Origin: Haliotis rufescens
Taxonomy: Eukaryota
Direction of reading: 5' to 3'
Length of the DNA: 64,000 nt
NCBI RefSeq assembly: GCF_023055435.1
Contig: NW_025964223.1
Location: 49,538,001 to 49,602,000, forward strand
The notes beneath the pieces were generated by a model. It worked only from the letters and a program-made list of their open reading frames with translations. It searched no databases and had not been told where the DNA came from. Below, piece after piece: positions 31,993 through 42,435 of this stretch; the first letter of the stretch is position 1, and every line of letters starts with the position of its first letter. The translations under genes were made by a program, and so were the position numbers.

Positions 31993-33172
31993 TTTTTGCT
32001 GTGCGATTCCCACTTTTTTTCTTTTTCGACCATAAGGTGCACTTGCCTCATTCACATCTGATGTAATCATACACTTTTATTTCCTTGTAAATGGCCCCAC
32101 TCATGCATGTCTGCTCAAAGACATAGCTGCCAGCCATGTATTCTTACATACCTTTACAGAAAGGAATTTTCCACTATACATGTGATCATATTCAGTTGTC
32201 AGTTCACCCAACTCGTCAACTATTCTGAAGGCATGTACGTCCTTTTCGCCACATAAAGGTGTTTGCGTGCACCGATAATTGACTATTTTACTTACTTTCT
32301 TACTTTCAAAGCATGAATATATAATATATACATGTAAAATTATAATGTTGTTCGTGTTAAGTCTCGGCTCACATCTCTTTGCCTACACAGATAAGAAAAG
32401 GAGAAAGAGTTAGATCGTACAGAGCGCCTGTCAATAGGAGTTCACTGGCTTGCTGCTGGAAAATGTATTTTGAAAGCTGTGAGCAAGCTGATCACTGTTG
32501 ACACGCTTTAAAAATATGAAAGAAAAACGACGCGACTGTGTGATAAACCAGCTATTTTATGTTCCCCGTTCTAGCTGATCGCTGGCAAACGTACTTTAGA
32601 CTTATTAGAAAGTATTTCCATACATTTCTCTCGCCATACAACATGTAGATGTGACATGTTGCAGGTAGGGGGCTAGGCGAAACGCACACGACCAAGGGCG
32701 CACAACTCTTGGCGCTCTATTTGAAAAGTCGTGCACAGGCGAGGCGTGTGTCGGTAAAACACCCCGTGGATGTCTGGCCTTTATCGCCGTTTTACACCTT
32801 TGAACACAACGTGCATGTGCAGCTACACACATAGGAAGTCTGCACTCAGGATATTATATATATCAACGACACTAATCGCCTCACTTTCCAACATACACCC
32901 ATTTGGGGGGTTAATAAACAAGCATAACAACAGTCATTAGTGTGAAGACACACTACCCCCCCCCCCCCCCCCCCCCACCCCACACACACACACACACACA
33001 ATAAAATCCCTGACATACCTTTATCATCATCACCTATGTGTGTTATGTGCGTGGTGGGTGTTGCTGCCACGTTATCTCTGTTATCACGAGAACCTGCACT
33101 TTATTACTGCTAATATACATATTTATTGTTTTGTTATCAGTGTTTTCAAGTTTTCTTTTGGGGTATTTGGAT

Positions 33173-33239
33173 GGCCCTGAAAAGGGCCTTTGGACCACAG
33201 AAATGTGGAGCGAAGGCGTGACAATGAGAGCTTAAGCCT
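33173..33239 (-). pseudogene. H1 3' remnant (last codon, stop, 3' UTR, stem-loop) fused to element B sequence
   Basis: Host ...GAGCTTAAGCCT joins B GCCTGTCATTATTTGG through a GCCT microhomology (33236-33239). Confidence 0.93.
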
Positions 33240-33297
33240 GTCATTATTTGGGCTTTTAGTGTTTGGAGATTATGGATTTATTGTTTGTTTGGATTGT

Positions 33298-34962
33298 CTA
33301 TAGTCCTGCGGTTGCTGTTGAGTAGTTTGTAAGAAATTCCTTGTAACTTTGAGTGGTCAGTTTTAGGTTTAGGGCTACTTTGTGAAGATTTTTGGAGCTA
33401 GCCTCTGGGTTTATTTGTTTGAGCATGTAGGCCAGTAAGATTGTGATGTTGTTTAGTTTGGAAGTTATGGGGGTTTGGGGTTGAGATTGGATTTTGCGTT
33501 TGCGGTTTTTAAATTTTTTAGGTGCTGATCGGGTAATTTCAATTTCGTTTGCATTATCTTCAGTATCGTATTCGTCTTCGTCTATATTGCTTTGGTTTAT
33601 CTCCTCACTCTCCATGGGGGTTGTTTGTGTGTTTGGTAGTGCTTGCGTGTGCGTGCTGGGTATGTCCATGGGTTGAGTGCTGTTTGTGTCTTCGGGTAGT
33701 GCTTGCTCGTGTGTGGTTGTTGTTGCCCTGGTGGCTGCGGGTTGTATGGTGTTGGGTAGGGTTGAGGCGTGTGAGGTGCGGTTTGTTTTGCTTGCGGGTG
33801 TGGATGCAGCGAGTGGCTGTGGTGTGGCGAAGGTTTGGGGTTTGCGTGGGTGGTGGTAGAGTGTGGTTGTTGCTTGGGGGATTACCTTGGGGATGCCATC
33901 CCATGGGGATTGTAGGTGTCGGTCGTTGTTTGGTTGCGGTGTGGGTAAGAGTGGATTGTTTGTATGCTGTGTTTGTTTTCTTGTTTGGAGTTTGGCCGAG
34001 TCAATGTCGATGTGTTTGTTGGCCTGTTGGGTGAGGGTGTGTCTGTGGGGACATTTGTTGGAGAGAGAGGAGTGATTAGTTGCTTTACAATGTATGCACC
34101 AGGGAGCGCAGGCTCCTGGGCATTGGGTTTGAGCACAAGTCCTACATTTGGTTTTTTTAAATGTACAGGTGTTAGCAGTATGATTGTATTGTAAACAGTT
34201 TGAGCATTGTTTTACTTGCTTAATGTAGGGTTTAACCTCTAGTTTAGTAGAAGCGCCGAAAGAGATGAAGTTTGGGGCTTGAGGGTATTTTTCTGATTTC
34301 TGAAAGTTTATGATAACAATTGGTGTGTTTGTAGTTTTGCCGTTTCTGTTTGAAGTTATTCTCCTGGTGCTGGTTATTTTGGGTTGAAGAAGGGTATGGT
34401 TATTTAGGTTGGCTTCATCTGTGTAAAGTGCTAAGTCTTCATCTGATTCCCTAGGATTTACTCTGATTACGCCTCTAGTATAAAGTTGCCAATTTGGGGT
34501 TTGATGGGTTACTGTGAATTGGAAGATCTCCGTTACTTTTTTAGCTAAGTTTAGTGATTCTAGGTCCGGAAAGATAATTTGGTATCCTTTGTGTGCCTCT
34601 CTGATTTTGTTGTATTGGATTTTTTGTTTTTTAAACCAGAGTCCTACTTTGTTAATTGAGAGTTCCTTAGTTAGATTTATGACGGGGCCTGCCGCGCAGA
34701 AGTAGAGGGCGAAGGTGACCAGTGATGCTGCTTGTGATGTGAATGAGGTGTTGGAAGAGTCCAGCTTCCGTTTTTTAGGGTTTGTGGTGGCTGCGGTCGA
34801 TTCGGAAGTTTTTGGAGGGTTGACTGTGGTTTTGTTTCCGAAATCGTGTGGTATGAGGGTCTCGGGTGTCCGATCGGAGGTGTTGTGCGCCTCCGATGGT
34901 GTAGGAGTGTCAGTCTGGTGTATGTCTGCCTGGGTGACTGTGACTGTGCGTGTGTCGGACAT
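33298..34962 (-). CDS. Family B ORF1 (554 aa, intact)
   Basis: Identical protein to 28754-30418; the track's extra MQQQQQQ N-terminus comes from element C's 3' end plus B 5' UTR. Confidence 0.88.
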   Translation of the reverse strand: MSDTRTVTVTQADIHQTDTPTPSEAHNTSDRTPETLIPHDFGNKTTVNPPKTSESTAATTNPKKRKLDSSNTSFTSQAASLVTFALYFCAAGPVINLTKELSINKVGLWFKKQKIQYNKIREAHKGYQIIFPDLESLNLAKKVTEIFQFTVTHQTPNWQLYTRGVIRVNPRESDEDLALYTDEANLNNHTLLQPKITSTRRITSNRNGKTTNTPIVIINFQKSEKYPQAPNFISFGASTKLEVKPYIKQVKQCSNCLQYNHTANTCTFKKTKCRTCAQTQCPGACAPWCIHCKATNHSSLSNKCPHRHTLTQQANKHIDIDSAKLQTRKQTQHTNNPLLPTPQPNNDRHLQSPWDGIPKVIPQATTTLYHHPRKPQTFATPQPLAASTPASKTNRTSHASTLPNTIQPAATRATTTTHEQALPEDTNSTQPMDIPSTHTQALPNTQTTPMESEEINQSNIDEDEYDTEDNANEIEITRSAPKKFKNRKRKIQSQPQTPITSKLNNITILLAYMLKQINPEASSKNLHKVALNLKLTTQSYKEFLTNYSTATAGL

Positions 34963-35046
34963 GGTGAGCTTGTGTGAGAGAGTGTTTGTTGTGTTTGGGT
35001 TTTGTATGGGGGTATTTGTAGAGAGTGCCTGGGTGAGTTGTGTTTG

Positions 35047-38000
35047 TTGTTGTTGTTGTTGCATTAGGTGTTTAAGAGGTCGCCTTCTGCCTAGGCAATT
35101 TCGGCTGACCTGTCCCTCTTTGGGACTCCTGTGTGTGAGAAGGGTTCACATATCTATTGTGAGTTCGGTGTTCACATAATTTCTGTTTTTGCATTGATAT
35201 GATTTCTATTTTCTTATATTGATATGATTTCATTTTTATCCTTGGCTGCTCTGTTTATATACGTTCGAGCAGCTGTCCATCTCTCAGAAATAGAGTTAGT
35301 TTGGCCTTCGCTATTGCATCTCTTGGCTTTAGGAGATCTATGACAGATAGCGGATCTAACTGCAATTCTTGTTTTAACCTAGCCCGGGCCGGGGCATGGT
35401 CTTGACATTCTAGTAACAGGTGGTCAATGGTTTCAGCCTGATTGCAAGATGAACAAACCTTGTCATAGTGCTTTTTGTGACCAAGTCTGAGGCGTGAGAT
35501 AGCAGTTTCAATTTTCCTTTCATTTGAGTATGAGTTTGGCTTTTGTTGGACCTTGGGTTGAATTTTGTATAGCCATCTGCCGATCTTACTTGCGTCCCAT
35601 TGGGTTTGCCATCTTTTTGCTATGGAGGCTTTGATTTTGCTTTTTATCTCTAGTTTACTAAAGGGAATAGGCTGTATATCCGCTTTGTCTAGAGCTAGCT
35701 TCGCCAGTGAGTCTGCTTTTTCATTTCCATGAATATCTATGTGAGAGGGGATCCAACACAGCTCCACCTGTTGCCCTTGGTCCGATAGTTTTGTATATTC
35801 GTATAGAATATTGTTGACTGTGTTTGGCCTGGAGTTTGAGTTTCTTCCACTGATGGCCTGAAGTGCACTTAGCGAGTCTGATAGGACGACTGCCTTTGCT
35901 TCCGGGAGTTCCGGTATGAGTTTGAGTGCATGATGAATTGCCTCCAATTCAGCCGTGAATACTGACTGACCATCGGGCAAGCGAACTGAATGTGCTTGGG
36001 GTTTGGAGCTGTGGATATGGATCCCGTAACCAGCACTGTTGTTGATAGGATTCTTGGATCCATCAGTGTATATATGGGCCCAGCTGTCCCAGGTAGTTTG
36101 AATTTTAGTGATAGCTACTGAACGTAGTAGGGTTGGGTTTTCTCTTTTAGTGACTTCTGATGTTAAAGCAGTGTCAACTTTGGGAGTTTGTAAAGTCCAG
36201 GGAGGGTGTAACCCTTTGTAGTGACTTTCTGGAGGCTGAATGTCATCGCAATTGTGACTTCGAATGAGTTCACGTACTAATATCCCAGATGGCTTTAGTG
36301 AGGGATTTTTTCGAGCTAGGGCCTCATCTCGAGCGTTTTTGTCTTGCCATATCTTTTTAACCAAAGGGTTTGATGTTCGTCCCCAGAACGATAATATTGC
36401 CTGCTCTCGTCTTAGTTTCAATGGGAGTTCTCCCGTTTCTACTTGTAGTGCTTCTAGTGAGGTGCCTGTCGCTGCGCCTGTGGCCAGTATTAGGGCTTTG
36501 TATTGTATTCTGTCTAGTCGCCTCAAGACAGTATTTGATGCTGAGTGAAAAGCCTCACAACCATAGTCAATTTTTGATCTGATAAGAGCTTTGTAGAGGT
36601 CCAGCTGAGTGTCCCTCGATGTGCCCCAAGATGTGCCTGAAATTGCCCGTAATACGTTCAGGTCTTTTTGACATCTGTTTTCCACATATTCGATATGCTT
36701 GCGCCAAGTGAGGTGTTGATCAAGGATAACTCCAAGAAATATTGCAGATTTTTCGAATTTGATAGGTTTGCCTTTTATGGAGACACGGGGTATCATAGCA
36801 TCTTTCCCCCGGCGTTTGAATAGAACTCCAACAGTTTTTTCACTTGAAAGGGTGAATCCCCATTTATTGCACCATTGATCTACTCCGTCCAGGGCTGACT
36901 GGAGTTTTTTTCTGATTTGTGAGATATCTCTGTGCTTTACCCATATTGCTCCGTCATCAGCGAACTTAGAAGTTTGGGTAGGAGAGTTGACATGGTCAAA
37001 AAGATCATTGATCATGATATTAAACAGGGTTGGGCTTATAATGCTGCCTTGTGGCGTGCCATTGTCCAGTGCCATAGGATCCGATCGATTGTTCCCTATT
37101 TTAACTGAAAGCGACCTGTCTTGCAGGAAGCTGTCTATGAAGTTTGCCATGTTCCCTTCAACTCCATTTTGTGATAGTTTTGAGAGGAGTCCGTCATGCC
37201 ATACCATGTCGAAGGCTTTGCTGAAGTCCAGAAATACTGCGGCTAGGTATTGTCTGTTTAATTGGGCTTTTTTTATTTCATTTTCCAGTCTTAGAATATG
37301 ATCTAGACACGAGTGTCCCTTCCTGAAGCCACTTTGGTCAGGTTTTATGTGGTTGCCAGTTTCAAGATGATGCATGAGCCTTTTTGTAACCATGGCTTCC
37401 ATGGCTTTGCACATGTTTGAGGTGAGTGAGATCGGTCGATAAGAGTTTGGTAGGGCTTCGTCTTTCCCTTGCTTTAGCAGCGGGATAACCGCAGCATGTT
37501 TCCATGCTTTTGGGACTTCTCCTTTGGACCATATCGTGTTATACAACTCAGTGAGTAAGCCTTTGGTTTGATCAGGTAGGTTTTTCAATATCTCGTAGCT
37601 GGTTGTGTCAAGACCAGGTGCTGTGCCTTTTCTATGTTGTATCGCATCATCAAACTCTGTCACAGTAAATGGTATATTGTATACCAGATGCTTGCTTTGC
37701 GGCCGTTTTGAGATCTTAGGCATAAGCATTTTTGCCTGTTTGAATTCTTCGCTGCAATTTGTGTTGCTGCTGACAGATGAGAAGTGCTCAGCTAGAATGT
37801 TGGCCTTTTCTTTGACTGTATGGGCGTTGGCTAACTTGGGAATTTTTGTGGGTTTACGCTTACCCCTGATTGCGTGTATTTTGCTCCAGACTGTTTTAGC
37901 ATTTGTTTTCTCATTAAGGGATTTGCAGAAGGTCTGCCATGACTCTTTTTTAGAATCGTCTATGAGTTGTCTTACTTTCGTCCTGGCTGCTCGGACTTGG

Positions 38001-38534
38001 GCAAAGGCTGATTTATCCCTTTTTGACCTATTTAGGGCTTTCTTTCTCACTCTCCTAGCTTTTGCTATTTCCCTGTTCCACCATGGTACCGGCGTTTTGC
38101 CAGTTTTGTGGTCTTTTTTTGGAATTGATTTTTCAGCTGCGGCAATAATTGCTGAGGTGAGATTTTGGCAAAAAAGATCAGGATCATCCGAGGCAATTTC
38201 TGAGGACTTGAATGATACACATTCCTTCCTGAATTTAGGCCAGTCAGCCTTTGCATAGTCCCATGTGGGCTGAGGATTGGGCTGTTCCTCTAATTGTGGT
38301 GGGCTACCTATGTAGGTGAGTATAGGAAGGTGATCGCTTCCCCAAGTGTCGTCATGGACTTGCCATTGGCAATGTGAGGCGAGGTTTTTGGTGGCAATTG
38401 TGAGATCAATTGAACTCCACGTGTTGTGGACTTGGTCATAACGCGTGTGACTGCCGTTGTTCAGAGTTATGAGATTGTCGTCCTCAACCCATTTCTCTAC
38501 CATTTTGCCATATTTGCCATATTTGCATGAATCA
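35047..38534 (-). mobile_element. LINE family C, I-group, 5'-truncated, nested in the 5' UTR of B
   Basis: (CAA)n tail at 35047-35061; TSD TTGTGTTTG at 35038-35046 and 38535-38543. Confidence 0.93.
35255..38503 (-). pseudogene. Family C ORF2, missing the N-terminal part of APE (open for 1082 aa: RT, RNase H, CCHC)
   Basis: Starts mid-APE (SDHLP retained); YRPISLTS, FADD, YTDGS, WIPSHIDIHGNEKAD, CSSC...H...C. Confidence 0.92.
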
Positions 38535-39923
38535 TTGTGTTTGACTGGTTTGACTGGTTTCTACTCTATATAGGGTTGGATTGGAGAGGTTGTTTGTTTA
38601 GGTTAAGAGATTTCTAAAGGTTTGTGGTTTTTAGTGGGCTTGGGTGTGAGATACTTTGGCCTAGTGTTGAAAGGGTGTGTTGTGATAGTAACGGATTGGC
38701 TTGGGTGGTGGTTTGTTTTAAGCTAGAGGTTTAGGTGGTTTGGTGTTTTAAGTTGGCTTGGGTGTGAGTAATTTTAACCTAAATTGTATGGGTGTGTTGT
38801 GATAGTTACCGGGGTGTTGCTCTTGGGCTGGCTAGCAGTGGGAACTGTGCTGGCTTGGGAGGCTTTGCTGGGTGAGGTTGGCTTGGTGGCTGGATGGCTT
38901 GGGTTGCTTCGTAGGCTGAAGAGGTGTTGCTAGCTTGGAGTACAAACTGCGAAATGTGGCTGATAGCTGCACGCTTACAAGCGCGTGTGCTTTTTCGTGT
39001 ATTTGTATCCGAATAATCACTTCTTAATCAAGGAAAGTTTCAATTTCAACAATACAGTTAGGTAGTAAAAACATTTGGCTACATTTCGGTTACAATAGCA
39101 ACGCTCACGGGTGAAGTTCAAAGCCACACGTGCTGTTTCCAATGAAGCGACCCAGTCTAAAATGTAGACATCGCTACTTTCAAAAGCACATTTTTAGCCT
39201 TGAGACTCAAGTTTATGCATTTTAAACGTTGCCTGTCAATTCTCAATATATCTAACTATGAAAGTAAAACACAACACTCATCAGTATTGCCTATGATAAG
39301 CTAGAACAAGCTTTCAAACAACGACAATGAAGCACGTTTTTCTGACGACTTCGCCATTTTGCAACAGAAAACATTTGACACTATATTTCTGGAGACATAA
39401 TTTTGGTCACTTCAATTAGAGTTGAAACTAACTTTGTCATAACAAGTAAGTAACGGGGATTTTACTTTCAGGAAAACAGTCTAGTAAGACGAGGATCTCG
39501 GGACACAAGCAGCTAGGGCGCGAAGCCCCGAACAGTAACATATATACATTGGTGTTTAGATCACTCGATCGGTCGTCACAGATTAAGTCTTTTTGCCTGT
39601 CTTAATAGCACGATATTAGTAGGGGTCTTCGTCGTTTGGATGTTAATTTTACCAGAACAATATAGGCTACCATCCATCAACGAAAAGTGAATGTTTCAGA
39701 CGAAAGGCCGGATCGAGTGAGCGAGTGTGCCGGGCCTCGTGTTAAACAGTGATCACATGTTTTTAGAACGGCTAGATTTTAATCCCTGTAAATATACATC
39801 ATAAATCAACAAACACAACATGTCTACTGAACCCGCTGAAAACGCGAGCATGCTGTTTTCATGGCAATGTCTGTTTACCAATGTGTGGTGGCTATATGTA
39901 GCTAAAGTTTGCCAACAAGCATT

Positions 39924-40042
39924 GTCTACGGCCATACCACGTTGAAAACACCGGTTCTCGTCCGATCACCGAAGTTAAGCAACGTCGGGCCCGGAGAGTA
40001 CTTGGATGGGTGACCGCCTGGGAACACCGGGTGCAGTAGACA
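39924..40042 (+). rRNA. 5S: 5S rRNA
   Basis: Copy of 2608-2726. Confidence 0.99.
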
Positions 40043-41285
40043 TTTTTGCTGTGCGATTCCCACTTTTTTTCTTTTTCGACCATAAGGTGCACTTGCCTCA
40101 TTCACATCTGATGTAATCATACACTTTTATTTCCTTGTAAATGGCCCCACTCATGCATGTCTGCTCAAAGACATAGCTGCCAGCCATGTATTCTTACATA
40201 CCTTTACAGAAAGGAATTTTCCACTATACATGTGATCATATTCAGTTGTCAGTTCACCCAACTCGTCAACTATTCTGAAGGCATGTACGTCCTTTTCGCC
40301 ACATAAAGGTGTTTGCGTGCACCGATAATTGACTATTTTACTTACTTTCTTACTTTCAAAGCATGAATATATAATATATACATGTAAAATTATAATGTTG
40401 TTCGTGTTAAGTCTCGGCTCACATCTCTTTGCCTACACAGATAAGAAAAGGAGAAAGAGTTAGATCGTACAGAGCGCCTGTCAATAGGAGTTCACTGGCT
40501 TGCTGCTGGAAAATGTATTTTGAAAGCTGTGAGCAAGCTGATCACTGTTGACACGCTTTAAAAATATGAAAGAAAAACGACGCGACTGTGTGATAAACCA
40601 GCTATTTTATGTTCCCCGTTCTAGCTGATCGCTGGCAAACGTACTTTAGACTTATTAGAAAGTATTTCCATACATTTCTCTCGCCATACAACATGTAGAT
40701 GTGACATGTTGCAGGTAGGGGGCTAGGCGAAACGCACACGACCAAGGGCGCACAACTCTTGGCGCTCTATTTGAAAAGTCGTGCACAGGCGAGGCGTGTG
40801 TCGGTAAAACACCCCGTGGATGTCTGGCCTTTATCGCCGTTTTACACCTTTGAACACAACGTGCATGTGCAGCTACACACATAGGAAGTCTGCACTCAGG
40901 ATATTATATATATCAACGACACTAATCGCCTCACTTTCCAACATACACCCATTTGGGGGGTTAATAAACAAGCATAACAACAGTCATTAGTGTGAAGACA
41001 CACTACCCCCCCCCCCCCCCCCCCCCCCCCACCCCACACACACACACACACACAATAAAATCCCTGACATACCTTTATCATCATCACCTATGTGTGTTAT
41101 GTGCGTGGTGGGTGTTGCTGCCACGTTATCTCTGTTATCACGAGAACCTGCACTTTATTACTGCTAATATACATATTTATTGTTTTGTTATCAGTGTTTT
41201 CAAGTTTTCTTTTGGGGTATTTGGATGGCCCTGAAAAGGGCCTTTGGACCACAGAAATGTGGAGCGAAGGCGTGACAATGAGAGC

Positions 41286-41849
41286 TTAAGCCTTCTTTGG
41301 CTTGACTGCCTTCTTCTTGGGGGTCTTGACCTTCTTGGGTTTGGCTGCTGCCTTCTTGGGTGTCTTCGCCTTCTTGGGCTTGGCTGCAGCCTTCACCTTC
41401 TTTGGTGACTTAGCGGCCTTCTTAGCGGCTGTTTTGGGCTTCTTGGCAGCAGCTGGCTTCTTGACTTTCTTGGGGGATTTGGCAGCCTTCTTTGGTTTGG
41501 CAGCTGCCTTAGCCTTCTTGGGTTTTTCGTCTTTCTTTGCCTCGCCAAGACGGAATGATCCAGCGGCTCCAGTTCCCTTTGATTGCTTCAGTGCGCCGTT
41601 CTTGACTCCATTTTTCAAAGCAGTCTTGATGCGAGCATTGATGGCCACCTGGTTGTCACCAACCTTGTAGTTGGCCAAGATGTATTTCAGAACAGCCTGT
41701 CGGGAAGAACCACCCCTCTCCTTCAGGGTTGAAATAGCTTTCTTGATCATCTCCAAATAGGTAGGATGTGCGGCAGCCTTCTTAGGCTTGGCAGCAGCCT
41801 TCTTCTTGGGAGTCTTGACAACAGCGGGGGCAGCAGCAGCATCAGCCAT
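41286..41849 (-). CDS. H1: Linker histone H1 (187 aa, T19A variant); promoter displaced by element A
   Basis: Duplicate of 12974-13537. Confidence 0.97.
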   Translation of the reverse strand: MADAAAAPAVVKTPKKKAAAKPKKAAAHPTYLEMIKKAISTLKERGGSSRQAVLKYILANYKVGDNQVAINARIKTALKNGVKNGALKQSKGTGAAGSFRLGEAKKDEKPKKAKAAAKPKKAAKSPKKVKKPAAAKKPKTAAKKAAKSPKKVKAAAKPKKAKTPKKAAAKPKKVKTPKKKAVKPKKA

Positions 41850-42435
41850 AGTGGTAAGTTTGAGTGGTAAAAATTCACGTCAGCTACGAGAGAAGCACAG
41901 AGAGCGAATGACACTTCCCCAGTCAGTCAGTCAGTTTCTTAGTTTTAACGACCCCTTCTAGCATAGCTAATTTCGGGGTCGGGATGGCCCCGTTCTAGTA
42001 GATAGGGAGAATTTGAAAAATAAAGTCCTGATAATGACGTGAATAGTGGAGATATGCTAAGGTAGCCACCCAAAAAAATGTAAGGTTTTATGGGGCAGGG
42101 GAATCGGGTGGAGGGCTGGGTGGTTGGTGTGTTGGGACTTGGCGTAGCGATTTATTTGGAGTATTTATAGTTGGTTATGTTTTGTGTGGTTTGTGGAAGA
42201 ATTAGAAATTATTTGATAGTTTTCTTAAGTTGTTTTTGTGTCACGTGGGTTTTGTTAGGAAGGATAGTGGGCAGTGAGTAAATAACGATTTGGGATTTTA
42301 GGGTGTTTTTTGTGTGGTTTTTGTTGTTGTTGTTGTTGTTTTTTTGTGGGTTTTTTAAATGTCTTGGGGGAGGTGCGTTTGGTTTATATCCGTTAGGAAG
42401 TTGGATGGATGATTGTGTCGCTTTTGTGGGTGGTG

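Larger units (their letters stand above)
33240..38954 (-). mobile_element. Partial family B copy (5' UTR + ORF1 only), interrupted by element C
   Basis: Matches 28696-30904 with an identical 5' junction (host resumes at 38955); no ORF2 or tail. Confidence 0.93.

Noticed and set aside
34963-35064. Poly-Q N-terminal extension of B ORF1 (588 aa)
   Set aside because: The ATG and (CAA)n come from the 3' end of the inserted element C; the other B copies start at MSDTRT.
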